From: Thraustochytrium aureum
Lineage: Eukaryota
NCBI GenBank assembly: GCA_012862495.1
Contig: BLSG01000137.1
Location: forward strand, 146,586-210,585
Length of the DNA stretch: 64,000 nucleotides
Direction: 5' to 3'
Shown here: positions 22,834 to 33,903 of the stretch, one piece after another
Layout of the letters: each line of letters opens with the position of its first letter
How positions within the stretch are numbered: the stretch's first letter is position 1
Made by a program: the position numbers and the translations under genes
The notes under the pieces: model-generated
Told to the model about the DNA's origin: nothing
The model's input: the letters and a program-made list of their open reading frames with translations, nothing else
The model's database searches: none

Positions 22834-23737
22834 TCGCAGTACGGAGAGCACGTACCTTTACCTATCTGTGATGCAATGTATTTGACTTTTCTGCTCGACT
22901 TGGCCAGCTGCAAGCTCGTGCGCCGCCTTCGCACGGCCTCGCCCAGCCAGAAGGCGGCTCTGCTGCAAAGCGATCCGCTCGGTTCCCGCAGGCGCCAAAG
23001 GCTGGCTCCATAATAGAGGCCGCTGCGTTGCCAACTGCGCTGCGCCAGTAGACACCGAGCAACGTGCGGTCTGGGCACAGGGACTATGCGATGGCGGCAG
23101 GCGGACGGCCATCGCCAACCTGAAGAAAGGCATCAAGCATGGTTGTGGTCCCGTACCAGCACATCTCAGCGGCCACCTACATGTTGGGCAGCGGGAGGTT
23201 AGTGAAGTTGCAAGCTGATCTCGGCCGGCCTCATTGAAGCCCGGACACCGGCCCTCGGCACGGACCGCGACCTCGCGACCGACCTCGGCAACCTCGCGCT
23301 CCAGCGCGTCGTCAACCATGGACGCCGTCAACCATGGACGTCACCAACCACATGGCATGAACCAGTTTACAAGAAGTACCGAAGTACATGTCGAGTGCAC
23401 ACCCGCTCGATGGACGTGGTCGGGCTGCGGCATGCGCATGCACGAGCCGACGCAACAACCACCACCAGCCGGCCCGCCGAGCGTCCAGCGTCGCAGCCGC
23501 CCAGATCACATCCACCTCAGTGGGCAAGTCCTCCGTAGCGCCAGCGCTCGCTGCACTGTGTGGGTAAGTACTGGAGTAGGTGCACGCCTCTGGCTGGAGG
23601 TCCTTGCTCGGCGCGCAGGAAGGAGCGACTCGAGTACTGTCTGTCTGTTCAACTCTGTTGTGCTCGCTTGCCTGCTTGGGCTGCTGTGAAATGCGCCAAG
23701 CACGAGTCGCGCTGGCCAAGCGTTGACGGACTGTCGC

Positions 23738-23779
23738 ACGCGGCGGCTTCGCGCGGCGGCTTCGCGCGGCGGCTTCGCG
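23738..23779. repeat. 13-bp tandem repeat (CGCGGCGGCTTCG) x3, just upstream of ATG 23783
   Basis: Seen directly in the sequence. Confidence 0.85.
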
Positions 23780-23782
23780 AGG

Positions 23783-24936
23783 ATGGAGCGGAGGTCGCGC
23801 GAAAAGATGTCGTCCGCGGAGCGCAAGGCCGAGGCGGACCGCGAGGAGGCGAGCAGGGTGAGGTTCAGGTCGGAAGCTGGGCTTGTGCAGGTGCACGAGC
23901 TGCCCGTGCGCGAACGCGTGGACGCGCAGATTGCGAGGCGCGGGGCATGGCGGAAAGCCCCTGACGACGATCCTATCTGGGATGGCGAGCTGCAGTCGTT
24001 TCGCGAAGAAGAGCTGTCCGTGGACGAGCTGGCCGAGGTCGTCAAGATGAGGCGGCGCTCCAAGCGCCGGGGCCTGGCTCNNNNNNNNNNNNNNNNNNNN
24101 NNNNNNNNNNNNNNNNNNNNNNNNNNNNNNNNNNNNNNNNNNNNNNNNNNNNNNNNNNNNNNNNNNNNNNNNNNNNNNNNNNNNNNNNNNNNNNNNNNNN
24201 NNNNNNNNNNNNNNNNNNNNNNNNNNNNNNNNNNNNNNNNNNNNNNNNNNNNNNNNNNNNNGAGCTCGACGAGCAGGGGTCCTACCGCGACCCCCTCGAC
24301 GTCCTCGACGGCGTCCCGGAGCGTGATCTACGGACGGACGATTGCATCACGGAGGACGACACAAACAAATCCGAGGCCGACTATGGACGGTCACTCGAGG
24401 CGGCAGGCGAAACAGAGGAAACAGAACCAGCACCGGCAACGGGGCACGACGGCGAGCCGCGTGAGGAGGCGCCGAAGCGCAAGTCTGTGGTGCGCACATA
24501 CAGCTCAAACCACCACCACAAGAAACCACTCCGCCCTGCCCTCAAGACGAACTCGCGGATCTTGGGCGGGGCCGACAGCGACGCACAAAAAGGAGAGGGG
24601 AGCTCGCGGTTGAGCAGAGCGTACAAGGACTCGCTGCGCACCTTTGCAGACCGCCGCGCGCTGTCGCGAAAGTCTCGCAGGGGCCGGCAGGCTGCAAACT
24701 CGGGGAAAGGCTTCCACGTCGACCGCGACCACATAATTGCGGCAAGCATCGCCGCCATTTGCTTGGCGTTGCTGTTTGCTTCGCATCGCGTTGTGCGCCT
24801 CGTCGTGCGCAAGAGCAACCCGTACATGGACTTGCTGCTGGTCTCGGCCGTGGCTGCCGTTTTTGTCGGGGCCGCGCACACTGTGCTGAGCTTGCTGCCG
24901 GTTTCTCTGCGCTCATGGCTGGTGAACCGCATTTAA
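23783..24936 (+). CDS. Protein with N-terminal RVxF (PP1-docking-like) motif, acidic middle and two C-terminal TM helices (internal gap)
   Basis: SRVRFRSEAGLVQVHEL...ARRGAW before the gap. After the gap the frame reads ELDEQGSYRDPL... and ends in two hydrophobic segments (ORF 24487-24936). Continuity across the gap is assumed. Confidence 0.65.
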
Positions 24937-25192
24937 AGGCCATCTTTGCCGTAAAGACTACTGATCAATAGAGCCTGGCGCTGGGGGAGTAGCGAAAACA
25001 AAAAATAACGAAACATCTCATTGTTGTTGCTGCTGTTGCTGTTGTTGCACTGATTGCTGTTATCGTTGTTGTGCTCCGAGTCATTGTAGTTGTAGTTGTA
25101 GTTTTTGGGAGCTCTCGCTCGTGGCCGTGCAGCGCGGCGGGCTCAGTGCTGCCAGTAGTCGATATTTGCGGGCGGGCCCCCCAGGTAGCAAG

Positions 25193-26639
25193 CTAGGCCT
25201 CTGTTGCGTTCGCTCGAATACCAGCGATGATGTCGAGCGCGGCGTCGATGGAGAACTCTGCAAACTCGGCATTCATCACCACGGACGCGTGCGTGGCCTT
25301 CTTGTCGTCAATCTCATAGTAGACGCCCTGCGGCGACAGCTCGGCCACCTCGCGAGCATACTTCATCTCGCCTTCATGGATCCCGAGCCGTGGCGCAACG
25401 ACCGCAACGGGGAAATCGAGCAGCTTGGCGTCACCTTTGAGCGACTTGACAAAGTCGCAGTTGATGCCCCAGTGCCTGTACTCCTCCACACGGGTGCGAA
25501 AGTAGCCAACCCGGAACACGTTCTGCTTGTATTCGCTGGCCACGTCTTCCGGAAGCTCGTTGATCGGCGCGAACGAGTTGATAAAACCGACAAGATTGAG
25601 GATCCGCATAATGCCAGACTCTGCCACGATTGTGCCCAGCCGGTACAGCGGGCTCCCTGTTTCAACCTGCGGGTCGCACGCTAACGTATTGTTTGGGTTG
25701 ACCATGTCGATAAACACAATACCGAGGAACAGCTCAGGGTGGCGGGCTTCGAGCACGCGAAGGTTGAACCCGGCGAACGAGTGGCCTACAAAAACCGCCT
25801 CCTCGATGCCGAGCGCGTCCAAGACCATCTTGGTCTCGGTGGCAAGCTGCTCGGAGATGCGCTTGCCGTTTCCTGGCGTGATCGAGAGCCCGGACCCTGC
25901 GCGGTCGTACGAGCAAGTTCGCACGTCGGCGCGCTCAGTGATTGCGCGCTGCACCCAGGCAAAGTCGAGCGAGTTTCCTCCGAGGCCGTGCTCGAAGAAA
26001 ACCGTGGGCGACCCGGATCCCATGCAGCGCGTAAAAATGAGGTGGCCATCAACTTGGACAAACTCTTGGTCCGCCGGTGCGAACCTGGCGGCCTCAGCAG
26101 CGCCCAAAATCGTGTTGATTGAGGCCAAGCCCACGAGAAAGCCAACTGCAATCCAGCAGCACAGGTTGCAGCCACCCGCGCACGGGCGTACTTTGTTTCC
26201 TGGCGCTGAGCTGGTTGGCGGGCCGGTCTCTGGTGGAGCGGCGCTAACCGCGGCCACGCTGCAGCGGGTTCGCTGCCACTGGGGCAGCGCAACCAAGCAG
26301 GCCGAAAACAGCGTCGTCAGGATGCCCAGCGCCTTGGTCACCTGTCCGGTACCGGCAAAGGACTCGCGCGAAGCCAGGACGCAGGTTGCCACGACGGCCC
26401 CAAACAGCAGCGCCACCATCGCTGTGCAGACTGCGACGACCGACTTGCTCGGCGCGGTTCGAAGGCTGCGAAACTCGAGCGAGGCGCCCACCAACACGAG
26501 TGATGCGAGGAGGCAAAAGTAACCCGCTCCGTACTGCGCGACAGAGTCCATGTAGCACAAGAAATACACAAGAAACACCACGACGGCCGCGCAACCTGTC
26601 GCGATCGACAGGCCCTTTTCTCTGCGTGAATGCAGCCAT
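25193..26639 (-). CDS. Membrane-anchored alpha/beta hydrolase (paralog 1); likely frameshift near start
   Basis: About 5 N-terminal TM helices, FEHGLGG oxyanion loop, SYDRAG, GHSFAG nucleophile elbow, C-terminal His (THASV). Confidence 0.9.
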
Positions 26640-27477
26640 TCTGCCGACCAGGCCAGCGCAGAGGCCCACTGGCGAGGGCTGTCGCCCTGTTGGCCAGCCA
26701 GCGCCTCAGTTCGCCTTGACCCCAGCGCCCCGAACGTGTCTCGCGGTCGTTTCCCTCGCAGCGCGCGGTCCGGAGCAGGTTGGAATCGGTGTCTGCCTCG
26801 TCAGGCGGACCCAGCAGGTATCCGTTTCGAAGAAACTGAGTCCTTTGCAGTGCAGTGCAAAGTACCAATCAGTTCGCTTGCTCGCTCGCTCGCTCGCTTC
26901 CTCCCGAAAATAAACCTGTGCAGGGTTGGGCCACCCTTCAGTGCGACGAGCTATCGCCCAGCGGATACNNNNNNNNNNNNNNNNNNNNNNNNNNNNNNNN
27001 NNNNNNNNNNNNNNNNNNNNNNNNNNNNNNNNNNNNNNNNNNNNNNNNNNNNNNNNNNNNNNNNNNNNNNNNNNNNNNNNNNNNNNNNNNNNNNNNNNNN
27101 NNNNNNNNNNNTTCAGTGCGACGAGCTATCGCCCAGCGGATACAAGAAGCTCTGCCCGCGCCCAGGCCCCATCTCGCTGATGCTCACAAAGCCGCCGACG
27201 ATTCCAATTCTGCGCCCAATTCATGCTCAAAATTCTGAACCAAATTCGTTGAACAGCTCTGCTCCGGAGGAGGGAGGCTCAATTGGTCAACTGACACGTA
27301 GCAGCCGAGCATCGAACCATCGGCGACCCCTTGGCGCTGCCCAAATTATGCGGCGCACACTGTCGCACATCAGACCAACCTCGCATCGCTGCTACAACAC
27401 CGGCGCGAGGCTGTCCAACAGCACCGGGGCCCGCACGTCACGAAAAATCGCTCCCTCCTACTCAACGGCACTATCGA

Positions 27478-27537
27478 AACCTACTAACCCTAACTAACCC
27501 TACCCAACCCTAACTACCCTAGCTGAACCTAACCTAC
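27478..27537. repeat. Degenerate telomere-like (AACCCT / AACCCTAACT) tract
   Basis: aacctactaaccctaactaaccctacccaaccctaactaccctagctgaacctaacctac. Confidence 0.7.
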
Positions 27538-27713
27538 AAAAAGGCAACGTTGCAATCGAGTGATCGAGCCCGAAGTGCGAATGCGCTGCGGACTCGCTGG
27601 CGCACGGGGTGCCAAGTTGGTTCGGCCTGGCGCGGCCTACGCTCGCTGTGGCGCGCTGATCAAAGGCGCCAACAGCAAAGCGCATCCGATTTCCTCGAGG
27701 CCGTGTTGCGCGC

Positions 27714-29522
27714 ATGGCGCTGGATGGCCTGACGTGGCGCCTCGCCGCGGCGGTCTCGGCGCGCGCCGTGGCAGCATATGCGAGCCCGATTATGGACTGC
27801 GACGAGACGTTCAACTACTGGGAGCCGCTGCACTATGTGCTGTTTGGGTCGGGCCTGCAGACGTGGGAATACTCGCCCGAGTTTGCGCTGCGGACGTTCG
27901 GGTACCTCGCCGTGGGCGGAGCACCAGCGCTGCTTGCGCCACAGGGCGCCGACCGCGTGGCGCTCTTCTTCGCGCTGCGCAGCTGGCTTGGAGCAATCTG
28001 CGCGCTGGGGGAAGCGCTGTTCAGCAGGGCCGTTGCGCGGCGCCTCGGCCCAGTCGCGGGGAATGCCACGTTTGCGTTGCTGATCTGCAACAGCGGGATG
28101 TTTCACTCGGGGGTGGCCCTCCTGCCGAGCTCGACCTGCATGTACTGCACACTTTTCGCATACTGGCTATGGCTCGAAGGCCGCGTTCTAGCAGGGCTCG
28201 TCGTTGGCGCGTTTGCCGTCCTGGTGTGCTGGCCGTTCTGCGCTTTGATGTTCGTGCCCATGGGACTCGATGCACTCGCCTCGCGTGGGGTCGCAAAGGT
28301 AGCCGCCGTCGCCGTCGGCAGCGCCGTGGTGTTCATTGGCGCGCCAGCTCTGCTCGATTCGTTTTTGTATGGGCGGCCAACGCTTGCGATCGCGAACTTG
28401 GTGCTCTACAATGCGCTCGGCCAGGGCGGCGACGGGCGCGGGGCAGAGCTGTACGGCACCGAACCGTGGCACTTTTACCTTCAGAATCTCTTGCTGAACT
28501 TTAACGCGAGCGCCGCTCTCGCGCTGGCGGCGCCGGCTGTCGTCCTGGTGTTNNNNNNNNNNNNNNNNNNNNNNNNNNNNNNNNNNNNNNNNNNNNNNNN
28601 NNNNNNNNNNNNNNNNNNNNNNNNNNNNNNNNNNNNNNNNNNNNNNNNNNNNNNNNNNNNNNNNNNNNNNNNNNNNNNNNNNNNNNNNNNNNNNNNNNNN
28701 NNNNNNNNNNNNNNNNNNNNNNNNNNNNNNNNNNNNNNNNNNNNNNNNNNNNNNNNNNNNNNNNNNNNNNNNNNNNNNNNNNNNNNNNNNNTTACCGGTG
28801 CGTTCCTGACGCTGGGCCTTTTTACTGCCATGCCGCACAAGGAGGAGCGGTTCCTCGCTCCGGTGTACCCAGTTTTGTGTATGTGCGCCGCGACCGTGCT
28901 CGCCGTGGCGGCGGACGTTTGGGAACTTGTTGCTCGTCGCGTGCTGCCAGCTGCCGCCAAGCCGCTTGGGAAGGCCCTGGTGGCCGCCGTGCTCGCGCTT
29001 ATTTGCTTGGTGAGCGTCTCGCGCAACGTGGCTCTGTACAAGAGCTTTTACGCGCCGCTGCGAGTATTCCAAGGCCTGCGGGAGGTGCGGCCGCACGCAG
29101 CCAACGTTTGTGTTGGCAAAGAATGGTACCGATTCCCGTCAAGCTTCCTTCTTCCCGAGCAGACGCGGGTGTTGTGGACAGCGTCATCGTTTGACGGCCT
29201 CCTCCCGCAGCCCTTCGGCAAGTGGCCCGGAGGCCTGAGGGAGCCGCAAGGCAAGTTCAATGATGTAAACCGAGGCGAGCCCGCGTCGATCTCGCGCGTG
29301 GAAGAGTGCCAATACGCCGTCGATCTGCTCGTCGGCGACGACTTCGGGGCCATCGGGCCTTGGGACGCCAACTGGGACCGCGTCGCATGCGAGCCATTCC
29401 TTGACGCACAACGGTCGCCGGCGCTGATTCGGTCTTTCTGGATCCCGTTCGGATACAGCGAGAAGACAAATGTGTACGCTGAATACTGCCTTTTGCGCCG
29501 CCGCGGGGCTGGCAAAGTGTGA
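27714..29522 (+). CDS. ALG9: Alpha-1,2-mannosyltransferase ALG9 (GT22), internal gap
   Basis: IMDCDETFNYWEPLHY, QTWEYSPEFALR, ELYGTEPWHFY, PHKEERFLAPVYP, VCVGKEWYRFPSSFLLP, FDGLLPQPF. Confidence 0.95.
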   Translation: MALDGLTWRLAAAVSARAVAAYASPIMDCDETFNYWEPLHYVLFGSGLQTWEYSPEFALRTFGYLAVGGAPALLAPQGADRVALFFALRSWLGAICALGEALFSRAVARRLGPVAGNATFALLICNSGMFHSGVALLPSSTCMYCTLFAYWLWLEGRVLAGLVVGAFAVLVCWPFCALMFVPMGLDALASRGVAKVAAVAVGSAVVFIGAPALLDSFLYGRPTLAIANLVLYNALGQGGDGRGAELYGTEPWHFYLQNLLLNFNASAALALAAPAVVLVXXXXXXXXXXXXXXXXXXXXXXXXXXXXXXXXXXXXXXXXXXXXXXXXXXXXXXXXXXXXXXXXXXXXXXXXXXXXXXXXXTGAFLTLGLFTAMPHKEERFLAPVYPVLCMCAATVLAVAADVWELVARRVLPAAAKPLGKALVAAVLALICLVSVSRNVALYKSFYAPLRVFQGLREVRPHAANVCVGKEWYRFPSSFLLPEQTRVLWTASSFDGLLPQPFGKWPGGLREPQGKFNDVNRGEPASISRVEECQYAVDLLVGDDFGAIGPWDANWDRVACEPFLDAQRSPALIRSFWIPFGYSEKTNVYAEYCLLRRRGAGKV

Positions 29523-29564
29523 TGACCCGAAAGCGCTGTAAGTGCAAGATCCTTTCGAAGCAAC

Positions 29565-29620
29565 GCAACAACAACAACAAAGGCAACAACAACAAAGAAG
29601 ACAACAACAACAAAAACAAA
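29565..29620. repeat. (CAA)n-rich microsatellite between convergent genes
   Basis: Seen directly in the sequence. Confidence 0.8.
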
Positions 29621-29782
29621 CCAGACTACTTTTGCAATTGAATGCGGCTGCGTCGTCCTCTGCTCGGGCTTTGCAAAACCTTAGCCGGCCGAGCTCTATC
29701 TCGAGGGCGCGACAGACGAGCCGTAAACTGAAAAGCGAGCAAACGCGTCAAAACATCAGGAGAGCGATGGCGAGCCGCGCGG

Positions 29783-31213
29783 TCAGGGAGTGCTGGCGCG
29801 CACTGCAGTGATGATATCGACAGCTGCGTCGATGGTCAGCTGGGCGTACTTTTTATCAAAGAGGACCGACACGTGGTCCGCCTCCTCGTCGTCAACCTGG
29901 ATGTAGACCCCGTTGGGCGAGAGGTCAGCGATCTCCTGACCGTACGAGAGGTCCTCAGAGTGGATGCCAAACTTGGGCACGACGACGGCAACGGGCACAT
30001 CGAGAAGCTTGGCCTCCCCGTCCAACTTCTTGACAAAGTCGCAGTTCTTGCCCCAGTTCAGGTACTCGTCGACACGCGTGCGAAAGTATCCCACCCGGTA
30101 CAGGTTGTGCTTGTACTCGTTGACGAGGTCCTCCGGGAGTTTGTTGACCGGTGCGAAGCCGTTGAGGAAGCCAATCAGGTTCAGGATGCGCAGCACGCCC
30201 GTCTCGGCGACGGCAAGGCCGAACTGGTAGAGCGGGCTTCCGGTTTCGACGTTGGGGTCGCACGCCGCGGTGTTGTTCGGGTTGACCATGTCGACAAAGA
30301 CGATGCCCTGGAACATTTCTGGGTGGCGCGACTCGAGCACGCGCAGGTTGAAGCCGGCAAACGAATGGCCGATGAAGATGGCCTTGTCGATCTTGAGCGC
30401 ATCGAGGACCTGCTTGGTCTCGTTCGCCAGGTTCTCGCTGATGCGCAGCCCGTTGCCGCGCTCGACGGAGCGGCCGTAGCCCGCGCGGTCGTACGAGCAC
30501 GTGCGCACCCCGGCATCCGTGGCGAGGGCGCGCTGGACCCACGAGAAATCAATCGAGTTGCCGCCCAGGCCGTGCTCGAAGAACACTGTGGGCGACCCGG
30601 AACCCATGCAGCGCGTGAAAATTTTGTGACCGTCCACCTCAACAAAGGCCTCTTCGGCCGGCTCGAACGTGTTGGCCTCGGCCGTGAGCATGATCGTGTT
30701 GATCGAAGTGAGGATGACGAGCACTGCGACAACGACCCAGCAGAAGCTCTTGCAGCAGCTGGCGCACTTGGAGGCAGCGGAAGTCTCTGAGGCGTCCGCG
30801 CCGCTGCCGCCAAACTCCATGGCGATCACGGCGCTATCCTTCTCGTCGCCCTGGTTTCCGGCCGCCACGAGGTTGCTGAAGGCCAGGAGGCCGGTGGAGA
30901 CGGTCAGGACGAGCGCAAGCGCAGCCTTGGCTTCCCACCCGGTCCCGGCATTGTCGTCGCGCGTGGCATTGATGCAGGAGGCGATGAACGCGCCGAACGC
31001 GACAGCGGTGGCGATTGCAGCCGAGCCGCCGACGACCTTGCGGGCCGCGGTGCGTCTGGTGCGGAACTCGAGCGCAACGCCGACAAGAATCACGAACGAC
31101 AGGAGCGCAAAGTAGCCGGCGCCATACGAGTAGATGGCTTCAGCGTAGCAGATCGCGAAAAAGATGAGCGATACGAGTGCGGCGGCTGCCGCGGCGCTCG
31201 CGGCGCGGTTCAT
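29783..31213 (-). CDS. Membrane-anchored alpha/beta hydrolase (paralog 2)
   Basis: Same architecture and motifs as 25193-26639 (FTRCMGSGSPTVFFEHGLGGNS, GHSFAGFNLRVLE, DMVNPNNT). Confidence 0.92.
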   Translation of the reverse strand: MNRAASAAAAAALVSLIFFAICYAEAIYSYGAGYFALLSFVILVGVALEFRTRRTAARKVVGGSAAIATAVAFGAFIASCINATRDDNAGTGWEAKAALALVLTVSTGLLAFSNLVAAGNQGDEKDSAVIAMEFGGSGADASETSAASKCASCCKSFCWVVVAVLVILTSINTIMLTAEANTFEPAEEAFVEVDGHKIFTRCMGSGSPTVFFEHGLGGNSIDFSWVQRALATDAGVRTCSYDRAGYGRSVERGNGLRISENLANETKQVLDALKIDKAIFIGHSFAGFNLRVLESRHPEMFQGIVFVDMVNPNNTAACDPNVETGSPLYQFGLAVAETGVLRILNLIGFLNGFAPVNKLPEDLVNEYKHNLYRVGYFRTRVDEYLNWGKNCDFVKKLDGEAKLLDVPVAVVVPKFGIHSEDLSYGQEIADLSPNGVYIQVDDEEADHVSVLFDKKYAQLTIDAAVDIITAVRASTP

Positions 31214-31438
31214 AGCTTGGTGCTCTTTGACCGAGGAGATGCTTGGCTGCTCGGTGCGCTGCCGCAGTTCTTGCTGAGCACTTAAAAACCAGCCAATTCG
31301 GGAACTGTCTTGCGAGCCCCTTCCAGGGCGAAGGTCCCGAAAGCATCGACTGGTGGTACCTACCTACCAACTCGCTCGAAAAGGGCTGGCGACCAGGACC
31401 TCTCAACGCTGTCACCAATCAGCCTGCTTTTGAGTACT

Positions 31439-33903
31439 CTACATCAATGATTGCCAACAAGAGAATCCGATGCCGCTGTTCGCGACGCGGTCGACGAAAG
31501 CACCGGGCTGCCACGATACCGGTTGCTCCGCGCCAGGCGGCGCATGGCTGCACTGCAGGCGCGAAAAAGTCACCCGCGAGCCTCGCGCAATGTTCCCGAT
31601 CCTCATTTTGCAAGTCAGTCTGCCGGGGTGTGTGTTTTGTGCACCAGAGTGAGCAGCGCGCTCGCCCTTCCCTCCTTCCATCCAATCCAGCTCGGCACTT
31701 GGCAAGCGCCATTGCTGGCAGTCCTGGCAGGATGCGCCCGCCAAGCGCAGGCGCGGCTGCTGATGATGAGAGAGATTCAGGAGGCATGCGATGCGGAGGG
31801 ATTGCGGGGAAAAGGAGGACGGGACCAGAAGGTAGGTACCATGGTGATTCTGCTTTTCCGTTGGTTTTTTCTCGTCGCAGGACGGGTCGGGTCGCCGCAA
31901 TCGGCTGCTACACGGACCGCCGTCGGCAGAGTGTACGAGTCCTGCCGAGCGCTCCAACCCCCGCTAGCGAGGTACACGCGCCAGGTCGCTCGTTCCGGCC
32001 CTTGCAGGTTTGGTTCAGAGTGTCGCGAGCGGGTCAAAGATGTGCTGGTGGTGGTCGTCAACGTGCTGTGCGCCGGGCGCATCTTGCCCTTCCGGCGCAG
32101 CAGCACCCACCTGATGCTGCTGCTGCTGATGGTGATGCTGCTGCTGTTGTTGCGGAGGAGGGAGAAGGAGGGACCCAGGGTGGCGGCGGCGGCGCAAGGT
32201 GGCCCGGCGGCCCGAAGGCCGTCGCCCCTCTTCCAGATCCGGCCGGCAGGGACGCATTGAGTGCTTTGACGCGCTCCTCGAGCTCGACGAGCGGGTCGCC
32301 CTTGACGTTGCGCGCGACGAGGTCCACGAACGTCTCGGTCCAGAAAAACCCGTTGTATCCTTCAGGCTCGTCGTACTTGCCAAACTCGCGCAGCTCGAGA
32401 AGGCGTGCTGCTGCAGTACGGCGCCGCTTTTTGCTATTTGCCCGCGTTTGCGCGGTGCCCTGCGGCCCCGGCGCGAGGCGTGCCGGCGGCGGCGGAGCAG
32501 TGCTCTGCTGTATCAGTGCGACAGAGTCAGCCACGGGAGCGCTTCTTGTTGCGGCAGCCTCTGTTTCGGGGTCGGGCGCAGTTGGCTGAGAAATGAGGCG
32601 CGCCTGCGCGATGGCGAGCTCTTCTGCGCGCTGGACAGAGTTGAGCAAATCGCGCATCTCCGAGTGGAAGTGCAGGCACTTGAAGAGCGCCGTCGTGGCG
32701 TTTCGCACCCACTTGGCGCCTTGCTGCTTGAGGCGATCGCGGCGCACGTCGCCGTCCCACTTGCCGGTGAGCGCCTGCAGGTCCTCGAGCGTGGCATTGC
32801 TCAGATCAAAGGTGGCCAGGTCGTAGAGCGTCCGGATGGGGCGGTCTTGGCGCACTACGCGAAACTTGCCCGCAAAGCTTGGGTCTGCGAGGTGCGGGTC
32901 TTCGTGCAGCTTGCTGATGATCGCGAGTTTGTTGGCCCCCGAGGCCCCTTGGCGTCTTGCAGCGCGCCGATCGCGCCGGCCGCCACCGCGCGGGCCTCGC
33001 GCAGCTTCCCGCCTCCGTGGCGGTGAGGTGGCCGAGCCCGAACGAGGTTGCCGCGAACTGCCTCCTTCGCTGCTTGCGCGAGGTGGCCGACTGGAGGTCG
33101 CTTGGCAGCGAGTCGCGTGGCGCCCCCTCGTAGGCGCCAAGCTGCGTCGCCAAGCTCGCGCAAAACGTGCGCTCCTTGCGCAAAAACGCAAGCACGTACC
33201 CCTCGTTCAAGAGCTTTGCCGTCGTCGCAGACCCGCAGGCCTTGTGCATGCCCGCGAGCCGCGCTTCCATCTCGCAGGTCAGAGCCGACTGCTGGCGCAG
33301 GACGACGCCTAGCGAGGCCCGCACGGCGGGTGGGGCGAGGTTGAGGACCTCTTCGTTCGTGTTGAGGTACGAGCGCTTGCACCTCGGGCACATGTACATT
33401 CGTTGGCAGAGGATTTTCCAGTCGTCGCAGTCCAGCACGCCTCGAAAGCTGAAGCCGCGCGCGTGCGACAGAGTGGCTATTGCGCCACACGGCTTGTGGG
33501 TGGTCTTGCCGTCCACCGTCTCGTGCCGCCCCGGGCAAGTGTACCCGGCAAACCAGTGGGACGGAAACCTCTTGAGGGGCTCAAACACGATCACAGCCTT
33601 GAGCTGGAAGAGCCTCTTGTCAACGGGCGCAACGACTGGGTTCGGGAGCGGCTGCTCATAAGCGACAATCTCGCGCACCTCGTCCGAGTAGACTTGCTCC
33701 ATGCAAGCTTTAGCGAACTCGAGCTGGGCCTCGGTGAAGTTGCGACTTGCCAGCGGGTTTCGCCTCGTGGTCGGCCCGGCCGGCGTGCCGCTCGGACCAC
33801 CTGCAGCGCCGCCGTCTTGTCTAGCACGCACAGGCTCAACCTCTCCGCCGCCGTCGCCGCCGCCGTCTGCGTCAGCTGCAAGGCCGCCAGAGTTTAGAGA
33901 CAT
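31439..33903 (-). mobile_element. Transposase-related protein (DUF6729-like Zn domain plus HhH motif); frameshifted, degenerate or domesticated
   Basis: CPG...CGA...RGVLDCDDWKILCQRMYMCPRCKRSYLNTNEEVLNLAP...QSALT...LNE and later FGKYDEPEGYNG resemble, from memory, the DUF6729 transposase-associated region. The 3' boundary is uncertain. Confidence 0.45.

Noticed and set aside
22831..22960. Possible Sec or readthrough at the TGA of the small secreted peptide
   Set aside because: No redox motif, no recognisable SECIS, and the downstream frame is not convincing.
22858..23700. Short ORFs and a local repeat (cgtcaaccatggacg x2)
   Set aside because: No consistent frame or motif. Possibly a decayed relic but cannot be supported.
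26937..27143. Identical 32-bp sequence (ttcagtgcgacgagctatcgcccagcggatac) on both sides of a gap, CRISPR-repeat-sized
   Set aside because: Only two copies, each abutting the gap. This is typical of unmerged contig overlap or a collapsed repeat. No spacers or cas genes, and the context is eukaryotic.
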